A DNA stretch of 13,575 bases from Candidatus Woesearchaeota archaeon (GCA_964573185.1 CAZNIQ010000008.1:12970-26544); one strand, 5' to 3'. Shown: positions 1-5,897, counted from the first letter of the stretch. Numbers and translations: made by a program. Notes: generated from the letters alone by a model not told the origin.

Positions 1-194
1 TATATTAGCAAGCTAGATTACTATTAACTAGTAGTGAATAATTATAAATATATATTTTTATAAAAATTTAAATAATAAAAATTTATTACTTTTTAGTAAC
101 TTCTCTTATAATATTTTCTTTCTGCTATAATAAAATTTTAAAATTTATCTATAATAATATTTTTATGATTTTCTGAAAGAATATTTATAAAACT

Positions 195-262
195 TTCCCC
201 GACCTTAGCGTCTTTACTATCAATCTCCAGGTCTCCACAGGAAACCGGGGGGTGGGGGTCTT
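195..262. other. GC-rich island with nested inverted repeats. It may be a small structured RNA or a 3' UTR element of the DUF460 gene.
   Basis: I counted 38 G/C in the 64 nt from 197 to 260, against AT-rich flanks. Bases 230-236 (ggtctcc) and 240-246 (ggaaacc) form a 7-bp stem with a 3-nt loop. On the plus strand this stem has a C.A mismatch, but on the minus strand it is a G.U wobble. Outer arms 197-204 (ccccgacc) and 251-258 (ggtggggg) pair at 7 of 8 positions. TATA-like boxes flank it on both strands (184-192 on +, 261-268 on -). Confidence 0.3.
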
Positions 263-277
263 ATAAAGGGTATGTAC

Positions 278-1291
278 TTACTTTCTAGTGGCGAAACTTC
301 TTTTGCGATATTCTTCAACTATCTTCTTTAAAATGTTCTCATCCTCTTTTTTCATTTCCCTCTCCCTCTCAAAGAAAATAAATAAATAACCCTCTTCAAA
401 CTCATCTAATACTTTGATATTTCTTGAAAAGGGTACCTTATCCTCCAATTCTTTTGGAATATATATTTTATATTTCCCGATTCCCGAATACTTCTTAACA
501 ACGGATATATCTTTGGTAAAGAATATTGGTAAATCATATTTTTTTGCAAATTCATATTTCGGAACAAATTTTTTGTTTAAAAAAGTATTTATTACTAATC
601 TAAATATTTCTCTTTCCAAAATTTTATTTTCCGATTTAAGACTCTCTATCTCTCTATATAAATTATTAACCAATTCTTTTAAGCTCTTTAGTTCCTTATA
701 AGCTTTTATATACTTTTTAACTTTCTTTAACTTTTCTCTTAAAACTCTATTTTCCTCTTCCAACAGTTTTATATATTCATTTTCATATTTTTTCTTTAAC
801 TCTCTTTTAATCTCCTTTTCTTCTTTTTTCTTCTGTATTTTAATGTATGCTGCTTCTGGATTAAGATTTCCTTCCCTTAGAACTAAATATAAAATTTCTT
901 CATTGTACCCGAACTTTTCCAAAGTTTTATCTATTAGCTTTTTATGTTTCTCCAAAGCATATAAAGCCGCAGCTAAAGCGTCATAAAGATGTTCTTTCTC
1001 TTTTCCATTAAATACAAAATCTTTTGTTAATTCCTTTTTCTCTTCTATACTCAAATCTCTATTAGGGTAAAACACCCTAGCATTTAATTTTGATGCTATT
1101 TCCTTTACTTTTGAAGGAATAATAGCTTTATCTGTCGCCACAATTGCTATCTTAAATTCTTTTACTTCAGAAATTATTTCTTCTACGGAGAAATTCTTTC
1201 TCGCATTGTACTTTAATATTCTTCCTTCTATATTGATAACTACGTAAGCTGTTGTACTTCCAGGATCTATTCCTAAAATCCCTAAGATAAT
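278..1291 (-). CDS. DUF460/COG2433-like protein with a predicted RNase H-fold (RuvC/YqgF-like) N-terminal domain and a long coiled coil
   Basis: Track ORF 278..1141 starts at GTG, but the frame stays open upstream to 1312. The extension reads SKIILGILGIDPGSTTAYVVINIEGRILKYNARKNFSVEEIISEVKEFKIAI. A hydrophobic strand followed by DPG(S/T)T is how DUF460 and RNase H-fold nucleases begin. The middle is a K/E-rich heptad-like stretch (KKKEEKEIKRELKKKYENEYIKLLEEENRVLREKLKK...SLKELVNNLYREIESLKSENKILEREIFRL). The 5' end at ATT 1289-1291 is provisional, because no ATG, GTG or TTG lies between 1141 and the in-frame stop at 1313-1315. Confidence 0.6.
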   Translation of the reverse strand: MILGILGIDPGSTTAYVVINIEGRILKYNARKNFSVEEIISEVKEFKIAIVATDKAIIPSKVKEIASKLNARVFYPNRDLSIEEKKELTKDFVFNGKEKEHLYDALAAALYALEKHKKLIDKTLEKFGYNEEILYLVLREGNLNPEAAYIKIQKKKEEKEIKRELKKKYENEYIKLLEEENRVLREKLKKVKKYIKAYKELKSLKELVNNLYREIESLKSENKILEREIFRLVINTFLNKKFVPKYEFAKKYDLPIFFTKDISVVKKYSGIGKYKIYIPKELEDKVPFSRNIKVLDEFEEGYLFIFFEREREMKKEDENILKKIVEEYRKRSFATRK

Positions 1292-1545
1292 TTTGCTCTG
1301 TCTACAATCACTTTAAATCTTTCTGATTCAACGACAACGTGAGTATTATTCCAATAACATTTTAGATTCAAACTTTCGCAAAAAGAAAGGATAGAATCAT
1401 TGCTTACATTCCTATTAAGCTGTAAAGCTATATCAAATGCTATATATTTTTCTATTAATGGATAATACTTTGGAGGTTGTGGTATTTTAAATGCTAATTG
1501 AAATAAGAAAAGCTGAAGGAATAGCAAAAATAGTACTAATCCCAT
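1282..1545 (-). CDS. Small signal-anchored protein, paralog C of a tandem triad, function unknown
   Basis: The track ORF starts at TTG 1551, and the first ATG is at 1545. It has an N-terminal hydrophobic segment (GLVLFLLFLQLFLFQLAF), then KIPQPPKYYPLIEKY. It aligns by eye with ORF 1536..1838. It has 3 N-x-S/T sequons. It overlaps the upstream gene by 10 nt and its TAG overlaps the DUF460 frame. Confidence 0.5.
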   Translation of the reverse strand: MGLVLFLLFLQLFLFQLAFKIPQPPKYYPLIEKYIAFDIALQLNRNVSNDSILSFCESLNLKCYWNNTHVVVESERFKVIVDRAKLS

Positions 1546-1838
1546 ATGCAAATATATAGAGTTCCGTTTTTATAAAGATAAGGTACTATAACTTTTCCGT
1601 TGCAAGAGATATTAAAAGAGTAATTCCAATAGTAATTTCTAGGTATAACATCTGAAAGAACTTTTTCCAAGATCGTCTTATTTTCAATTAAATTTAATTT
1701 ATCTAATGTAAATAAAGAATAGTAAAGATCCTCTATAAAGTAATAATTATATGTTTTTGGTATTTTTATTTTTGGGATATATGTAACTAGCAATTGGAAA
1801 AAGAAAAATAAGAATAAAATAATTTCTAAAATTACCAT
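1536..1838 (-). CDS. Small signal-anchored protein, paralog B of a tandem triad, function unknown
   Basis: ATG start. N-terminal hydrophobic segment (VILEIILFLFFFFQLLV), then KIKIPKTYNYYFIEDLYY. It has 4 sequons (NKT, NYS, NIS, NGT). Its ATG overlaps the stop of ORF 1832..2155 by 7 nt. Confidence 0.5.
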   Translation of the reverse strand: MVILEIILFLFFFFQLLVTYIPKIKIPKTYNYYFIEDLYYSLFTLDKLNLIENKTILEKVLSDVIPRNYYWNYSFNISCNGKVIVPYLYKNGTLYICIWD

Positions 1839-2155
1839 GTTCCTATAATTACTTTCGCAAGTGAACCATTTACATCAACATATCTAATACTATAAATCAT
1901 TGGAATTCCAGAATTTCCTACCTCTATTTTAGTTCCATTTAGAAAATCGATAATAATATGATATCTTGCTCTTTCTTTTAGTAAGTTAAAATCATTTTCA
2001 GTAAAATAATAAACATATTTTCTATTTATGAAAAATTCTTTGATAAGCAAGACTTTGTTGTTATATAATTTTACAAAAGAGAAATATGTATTAAGGATTG
2101 AGAATAGGGATAATAAAAGAACTGTAAATATGATAAGCAACTCAAAGTACCTCAT
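1832..2155 (-). CDS. Small signal-anchored protein, paralog A, first gene of the minus-strand operon, function unknown
   Basis: ATG start. N-terminal hydrophobic segment (FELLIIFTVLLLSLFSIL). It shares RKYVYYFTEND and the C-terminal NG[ST]L..I.W with paralog B. It has 2 sequons (NGT, NGS). A TATA-like element lies about 30 nt upstream. Confidence 0.5.
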   Translation of the reverse strand: MRYFELLIIFTVLLLSLFSILNTYFSFVKLYNNKVLLIKEFFINRKYVYYFTENDFNLLKERARYHIIIDFLNGTKIEVGNSGIPMIYSIRYVDVNGSLAKVIIGTW

Positions 2156-2162
2156 TATTAAG

Positions 2163-2172
2163 TTTTATAAAT
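2163..2172 (+). promoter_or_regulatory. TATA box (TTTTATAAAT) for rpl22, predicting a leaderless transcript
   Basis: The box centre is about 26 nt upstream of ATG 2193. This matches the archaeal TATA-to-start-site distance of about 26-27 nt. Confidence 0.5.
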
Positions 2173-2179
2173 TCTCTCC

Positions 2180-2190
2180 TTTAAATTTTT
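2180..2190 (-). promoter_or_regulatory. TATA-like element (AAAAATTTAAA on the minus strand) for the small-protein/DUF460 operon
   Basis: The centre is about 30 nt upstream of ATG 2155, predicting a leader of 0-4 nt. It sits on the far side of the rpl22 TATA box, so the two promoters cross. Confidence 0.4.
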
Positions 2191-2192
2191 GC

Positions 2193-2732
2193 ATGTATTC
2201 ATTGCAGGTATACATTCCAGAAATCATGGTAAGGGTTTATGGGAGAAATTTACCTATAAGTAGAAAGAAATCTGTTGAAATAGCAAGATTTATCAAATAT
2301 TTACCTTTGGAAAAAGCTAAGCAGTATTTACAAGAAGTAATAGAATTAAAAAGACCGGTTCCCTTCAGAAGATACAAAAGAGATATCCCTCATAGAAAAG
2401 AGTTGCAAGGTTACGTTATTGGAAGATATCCTGTAAAGCCTGCAAAGTATTTCTTAAAGCTCTTGCATTCTTTAGAAAAAAATGCTGAATATAAAGGATT
2501 GGACAAATCAAAATTAATTATAATACATGCTGCTGCTCATAAAGGGACAACAATGTATAAACCTGGCAAATTATGGATTAGGGTAAGGAGAAGGAAAGCA
2601 ACGCACGTAGAAATCGTCGCTGCCGTTATAGATAAATATGATCCCTCAAAGAGATACAAGAGAAAAGAGTTGGAGAAACTTGTAAAAGAATTTCTTCAAG
2701 AAATAAGAGAAAAATGGTCTCAGAAACAATAA
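2193..2732 (+). CDS. rpl22: 50S ribosomal protein L22 (uL22)
   Basis: VRVYGRNLPISRKKSVEIARFIKYLPLEKAKQYL...RPVPFRRYKRDIPHRKEL..GRYPVKPAKYFLKLL matches the archaeal uL22 pattern. The track ORF starts at 2028, but that extension is antisense to ORF 1832..2155 and has no L22 similarity. ATG 2193 fits the TATA spacing. ATG 2226 is an alternative start. Confidence 0.9.
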   Translation: MYSLQVYIPEIMVRVYGRNLPISRKKSVEIARFIKYLPLEKAKQYLQEVIELKRPVPFRRYKRDIPHRKELQGYVIGRYPVKPAKYFLKLLHSLEKNAEYKGLDKSKLIIIHAAAHKGTTMYKPGKLWIRVRRRKATHVEIVAAVIDKYDPSKRYKRKELEKLVKEFLQEIREKWSQKQ

Positions 2733-3418
2733 GAAAAATAATTGAATGGAAGAAACTAGAAGTACAGATTAGGGAGTTCTTAAGAGAATACTTAAGAGGA
2801 AAAGGTTTTTCTGATGTTAAACTAATAAAAACACCTTTAGGGGAAAAAATAATTATTTATTGTGCGAAGCCATCATTAATTATTGGTAGAGGTGGTACAG
2901 GAGTAACTAAACTAACTTTAATTCTAAAGAAGGAATTTAACTTAGAAAATCCACAAATAGAAGTAAGACCTGTTGAAAATCCATATTTGGATGCTAATAT
3001 AATGGCAGAATGGGTAGCATTGAGATTAGAAAGATATGGTATCCAAAGATTCAAGGCAATAGGATACAGAGCTTTGGAGTTAATAATGGGTGCCGGAGCT
3101 AAAGGTGCTGAAGTAATTATTTCTGGAAAAGTTCCCGGACAAAGAGCAAAGACTTGGAGATTCTCCTATCCATGGTCTTATATGAAAAAAGCAGGAGAAG
3201 TTTGGAAGACGCAAGTAAGAAAAGGAATAGCTATAGCATATACACCACCAGGTGTTGTTGGAGTTAAAGTATTAATAATGCCTCCAGTACCTCTACCAGA
3301 TGAGGTTAAAATAAAGGAACCTACTGAAATAAAAGTTGAAGAATTAGAACAGATTGATCCAGAAATCGCAATGAAATTTAAAGAGGTTTTGGAAAAAGGA
3401 GAAATCCAAATTAAATAA
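2714..3418 (+). CDS. rps3: 30S ribosomal protein S3 (uS3)
   Basis: KH-domain GxxG (IIGRGGTGVTKL). Also ANIMAEWVALRLERYGIQRFKAIGYRALELIMGAGAKGAEVIISGKVPGQRAK. It follows rpl22 as in the conserved cluster and overlaps it by 19 nt. Confidence 0.95.
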   Translation: MVSETIRKIIEWKKLEVQIREFLREYLRGKGFSDVKLIKTPLGEKIIIYCAKPSLIIGRGGTGVTKLTLILKKEFNLENPQIEVRPVENPYLDANIMAEWVALRLERYGIQRFKAIGYRALELIMGAGAKGAEVIISGKVPGQRAKTWRFSYPWSYMKKAGEVWKTQVRKGIAIAYTPPGVVGVKVLIMPPVPLPDEVKIKEPTEIKVEELEQIDPEIAMKFKEVLEKGEIQIK

Positions 3419-3442
3419 TTTATTTATTTTTTAAAAATAATT
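3419..3442. terminator. Bidirectional oligo-T terminator between the convergent rps3 and rps19 genes
   Basis: The sequence is TTTATTTATTTTTTAAAAATAATT. It has T6 on the plus strand (3427-3432) and T5 on the minus strand (3433-3437). Archaeal termination uses oligo-T tracts. Confidence 0.45.
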
Positions 3443-3847
3443 TTACTTAACGGATAAGTGCTTTGTAGATTTTGAAGCTCCAACACCAGGAGCACCATGC
3501 TGTACTCTTTTTGTAGTATAAGCAAATTCCCCTAACCTATGAAATACCATTTCAGGTTTTATCTGCACCGGCACATATTCTTTTCCATTATGAACATATA
3601 TTGTTAAACCAACCATAAAAGGTAAAATTATCATATCTCTTGCATGTGTTTTTATTTTTCCTTTGTACTTTCCTTGTTTAGCTAGCAAGCATTTCTTTAT
3701 TAGCTCTTCCCATTGTTTTGGCCAACCATATTTTAACCTCCTTAACAAGGTTCTCCTTATTCTTGCAGGTACTATCTTTGCTAATTCTTCAATAGACATT
3801 TTTTGCAATTCTTCAATTGTATATCCTTTATATGTAAATACGGGCAT
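3443..3847 (-). CDS. rps19: 30S ribosomal protein S19 (uS19)
   Basis: The C-terminal block [38 protein letters not shown] is the uS19 signature region. It lies downstream of rpl2. Confidence 0.95.
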   Translation of the reverse strand: MPVFTYKGYTIEELQKMSIEELAKIVPARIRRTLLRRLKYGWPKQWEELIKKCLLAKQGKYKGKIKTHARDMIILPFMVGLTIYVHNGKEYVPVQIKPEMVFHRLGEFAYTTKRVQHGAPGVGASKSTKHLSVK

Positions 3848-3870
3848 TGTTAGTTTAATTCAAGAAAATT

Positions 3871-4629
3871 TTATTCCTCTTTCTTCTTGGTTCCAACTCT
3901 TTCACCTTTAGAACCCCTTCCCGTTTTCCTAGGTCCGTAGTAACCATATTTAATTGGGTATCCTTTCTTTGGTACTGGTACATTTCCACCGTGGTTTCTT
4001 CTGTGTTTACCACCAAATGGGTGGTCTACGGCGTTCATTGCAACTGCAGCAGGCCTTGGCCAATATCTGTTTAATGCTGACATTCTATAATACTTGTTAC
4101 CCGCTTTTACAAAAGGTAAATCGGTTCTTCCACCACCAGCTAATTGACCAATCATGGCTCTGCAATCCAAAGGTAATTCCTTTAATTTTCCTGAAGGTAA
4201 TTGAACTATTGCTTTTGTTTCCGTTTTCTGAACAAGGATAGCAGCAGTTCCCCCAGCTCTCACAAGCTTGCCACCATCTCCGGGTTTTATTTCTATCATT
4301 GAAATCTTAGTTCCAACTGGTATGTTCTTTAAGAATGTAACGTTTCCGGGATTTATTGGAGCTAAAGAACCCGAAGCAACTACTTGGCCTACATAAACAC
4401 CTTCTGGTGCTGGCAATAAGACTTCTTCACCAGTCTCATATTCAACAATCATTAACGGAGCAGTATGAAACGTATCTTTTACTATGTCAACTATCTTTCC
4501 ATAAACCACTCCTTCTAATTCTCTATAATCCAAAGGTCTTAAAGAGACAGCGCCAATGGATCTATGAGTAGGAGCTCTAAAAGTAGGGGAACCTTTACCC
4601 CTCCTTTGTTGTATTAAAGGCTTACCCAT
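3871..4629 (-). CDS. rpl2: 50S ribosomal protein L2 (uL2)
   Basis: GKPLIQQRRGKGSPTFRAPTHR at the N-terminus. Also GNVTFLKNIPVGTKISMIEIKPGDGGKLVRAGGTAA and AMNAVDHPFGGKHRR. Confidence 0.97.
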   Translation of the reverse strand: MGKPLIQQRRGKGSPTFRAPTHRSIGAVSLRPLDYRELEGVVYGKIVDIVKDTFHTAPLMIVEYETGEEVLLPAPEGVYVGQVVASGSLAPINPGNVTFLKNIPVGTKISMIEIKPGDGGKLVRAGGTAAILVQKTETKAIVQLPSGKLKELPLDCRAMIGQLAGGGRTDLPFVKAGNKYYRMSALNRYWPRPAAVAMNAVDHPFGGKHRRNHGGNVPVPKKGYPIKYGYYGPRKTGRGSKGERVGTKKKEE

Positions 4630-4632
4630 TAC

Positions 4633-4639
4633 ATCACCT
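4633..4639 (-). promoter_or_regulatory. Shine-Dalgarno-like site (AGGTGAT) for rpl2
   Basis: The minus strand reads GAAGGTGATGTAATG. AGGTGAT is complementary to the conserved archaeal 16S 3' end (GAUCACCUCC) and lies 3 nt from the ATG. I saw no comparable site upstream of the other genes I checked (rps3, rps19, rpl23, rfcL). Confidence 0.5.
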
Positions 4640-4700
4640 TCAAATAACTATTTTTAAATCTTTATAATAAGCCTCGCTTTTAAGAAAGTATGGATGAATG

Positions 4701-4737
4701 AAAAAAGCAGGATATATTACGGTTGATAATAGAAAAA
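4701..4737 (-). terminator. Two oligo-T tracts downstream of rpl23, a candidate terminator that splits L4-L23 from L2-S19
   Basis: The minus strand reads TAGAAGTGTGTTATTTTTCT (T5, 4733-4737) and CCTGCTTTTTTCATTC (T6, 4701-4706). TATA-like boxes follow (TTATAAAG at 4660-4667, TTTAAAAA at 4651-4658). Confidence 0.35.
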
Positions 4738-4751
4738 TAACACACTTCTAG

Positions 4752-5015
4752 CTATATAATTCCTAACTTAGTAGCTATTTCTCTTGCTTTTCCGGGTTCT
4801 TTTAATTTTATATAAGCTTTCTTTTTCCCATCTGGTGTTATTAATGTATTTACTTTCTCAACTTTAACACCAAATAGTTTTTCAAAAGCTTGTTTTATTT
4901 GTGTTTTATTAGCTCTGATATCTACTATGAAAGTTATCTTATTCTCTTGCTCAATTAATCTGATAGTTTTTTCTGTTACCAAAGGATATAATAGAATTTT
5001 TCTTGGATCTTCCAT
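4752..5015 (-). CDS. rpl23: 50S ribosomal protein L23 (uL23)
   Basis: [50 protein letters not shown] is the typical uL23 pattern. It starts 1 nt after the rpl4 stop. Confidence 0.9.
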   Translation of the reverse strand: MEDPRKILLYPLVTEKTIRLIEQENKITFIVDIRANKTQIKQAFEKLFGVKVEKVNTLITPDGKKKAYIKLKEPGKAREIATKLGII

Positions 5016-5016
5016 T

Positions 5017-5859
5017 TTAGTAGAATAGATTTTCGTTTTTTAAGATTTCTATAGCTTCTTCTGTCCAAACAGTTAATCTTCCCGGTTTACAACCAGGTGC
5101 TAAGACTTCTGCATTCAATTGTCTTACTGGCCATACCTCTAAGAACTCAAGATTTCTTGCAGCTTTCCATATAGGTTTTGAACTATCTGAAACTACCAAC
5201 AGGATGCCTCTTGATTTAACAATTCTTCTTCCTCTTCTTTTGCCTTTGCCAGCTCTTTGCTTGGTTTCTGAAAAATGCTCTAATAATTCTTCCGGAAATA
5301 ATTTGTAAAATATTTGCTTTACTTCTTTAGCTTTATTCAAATCTTCTAATCCTTCAATAACTAAAGGTAAACCATAATTCTTTATTACAGGTTCTATCCA
5401 CTTTTTAGCTTTTGTGTATCTATTTAAAACAAAATATTCGTTTGCTGTTGCAGCTATTGCAGATCTTATAGCTTTTCTTCTTTCTTTTTTATTTATCTTT
5501 TCATACCAGTTTTTCTCGGGAGTTGGAGCATGAGCTTTCATACCTTTTACAGCTTGTGCAACCCTTCTAGCAACCCAGGAGAAGACACCTCCATAATGGG
5601 GTTTTCCCCAAAGTACTGCTCTTGGAACCCTGGAAATACCATAACCATAAGAAGTTCTATAATTCCTTCTCCTTTTTGAAGTCCAAGCGGAAGTATCTAA
5701 ACCAGCATATTCATAAGCACCGTAAGGATGCCTTTTATGAGAATATATAGCTAATACAGCTCTTGATATTAAATCTGGTCTTACTTCCTCTTCAAAATGC
5801 GGGGGCAAATCTATTTCTTTTACTTTCTTAAGTTCAGTATCATATACGGGAGCTTTCAT
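5017..5859 (-). CDS. rpl4: 50S ribosomal protein L4 (uL4)
   Basis: [42 protein letters not shown] and [10 protein letters not shown]. Its position upstream of rpl23 matches the conserved order. Confidence 0.92.
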   Translation of the reverse strand: MKAPVYDTELKKVKEIDLPPHFEEEVRPDLISRAVLAIYSHKRHPYGAYEYAGLDTSAWTSKRRRNYRTSYGYGISRVPRAVLWGKPHYGGVFSWVARRVAQAVKGMKAHAPTPEKNWYEKINKKERRKAIRSAIAATANEYFVLNRYTKAKKWIEPVIKNYGLPLVIEGLEDLNKAKEVKQIFYKLFPEELLEHFSETKQRAGKGKRRGRRIVKSRGILLVVSDSSKPIWKAARNLEFLEVWPVRQLNAEVLAPGCKPGRLTVWTEEAIEILKNENLFY

Positions 5860-5866
5860 AGTGAGG

Positions 5867-5874
5867 TTTATAAA
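5867..5874 (+). promoter_or_regulatory. TATA box (TTTATAAA) for the FlaJ/TadC-like gene, predicting a leaderless transcript
   Basis: The centre is about 27 nt upstream of ATG 5898. Confidence 0.5.
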
Positions 5875-5879
5875 CTACG

Positions 5880-5889
5880 TTTTTTAAAT
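5880..5889 (-). promoter_or_regulatory. TATA box (ATTTAAAAAA on the minus strand) for rpl4, predicting a leaderless transcript
   Basis: The centre is about 25 nt upstream of ATG 5859. It lies beyond the other TATA box, so the promoters are interleaved. Confidence 0.45.
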
Positions 5890-5897
5890 GTTTTTTA

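Noticed and set aside
7-16. The 10-mer AGCAAGCTAG at the window start recurs as an inverted copy at 11140-11149, which could be terminal inverted repeats or an inversion scar.
   Set aside because: The match does not extend beyond 10 nt on either side. No transposase or integrase lies between the copies. A single 10-mer coincidence in 13.5 kb on two strands is plausible by chance.
60-170. Repeated TATAATAATATTTT-like strings (about 104-118, 126-140 and 149-165) as a structured repeat array or CRISPR-like element.
   Set aside because: The copies are short, imperfect and irregularly spaced, and are made only of A/T. They cannot be told apart from low-complexity AT-rich spacer or promoter-like sequence.
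195-262. A tRNA, a split-tRNA half (Nanoarchaeum-style) or an H/ACA guide RNA in the GC-rich island.
   Set aside because: There is no D-arm (AGCUCAG..GG..AGAGC-like) and no T-loop (GUUCRANYC) on either strand. The hairpin loop is only 3 nt. The internal loops are very asymmetric (4 nt versus about 25 nt), and the 3' tail is AAAG rather than ACA at the right distance. It is kept only as an unclassified structured element.
247-270. A G-quadruplex from GGGGGGTGGGGG...GGG on the plus strand.
   Set aside because: I could not partition it into four G3 tracts with loops of at least 1 nt. Only three usable tracts exist, with one distant GGG. The run is better explained as one arm of the inverted repeat.
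414-701. Track ORF on the plus strand (95 aa) inside the DUF460 gene. The same applies to the similar antisense ORFs at 2857..3054, 3663..3911, 3954..4241, 4356..4571, 8994..9221, 9243..9521, 9531..9794, 10339..10548 and 12163..12366.
   Set aside because: All lie opposite genes with strong family-specific motifs. Their products are low-complexity F/L/S/I-rich strings, typical of shadow frames in AT-rich DNA. None has promoter or start context.
1282-2155. Calling the three small proteins archaeal type IV pilins or archaellins, or FlaF/FlaG.
   Set aside because: None has the canonical class III signal peptide (a short basic N-terminus ending in [KR]-[G/A] before the hydrophobic stretch). They are also shorter than FlaF/FlaG. 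This is retained only as a hypothesis in the findings, not as an annotation.
2028-2192. The N-terminal 55 codons of track ORF 2028..2732 (MKNSLISKTLLLYNF...), read as part of L22.
   Set aside because: This stretch has no similarity to uL22 and is antisense to the coding sequence of ORF 1832..2155. It also runs through the TATA box at 2163-2172. ATG 2193 gives a normal uL22 N-terminus and correct promoter spacing.
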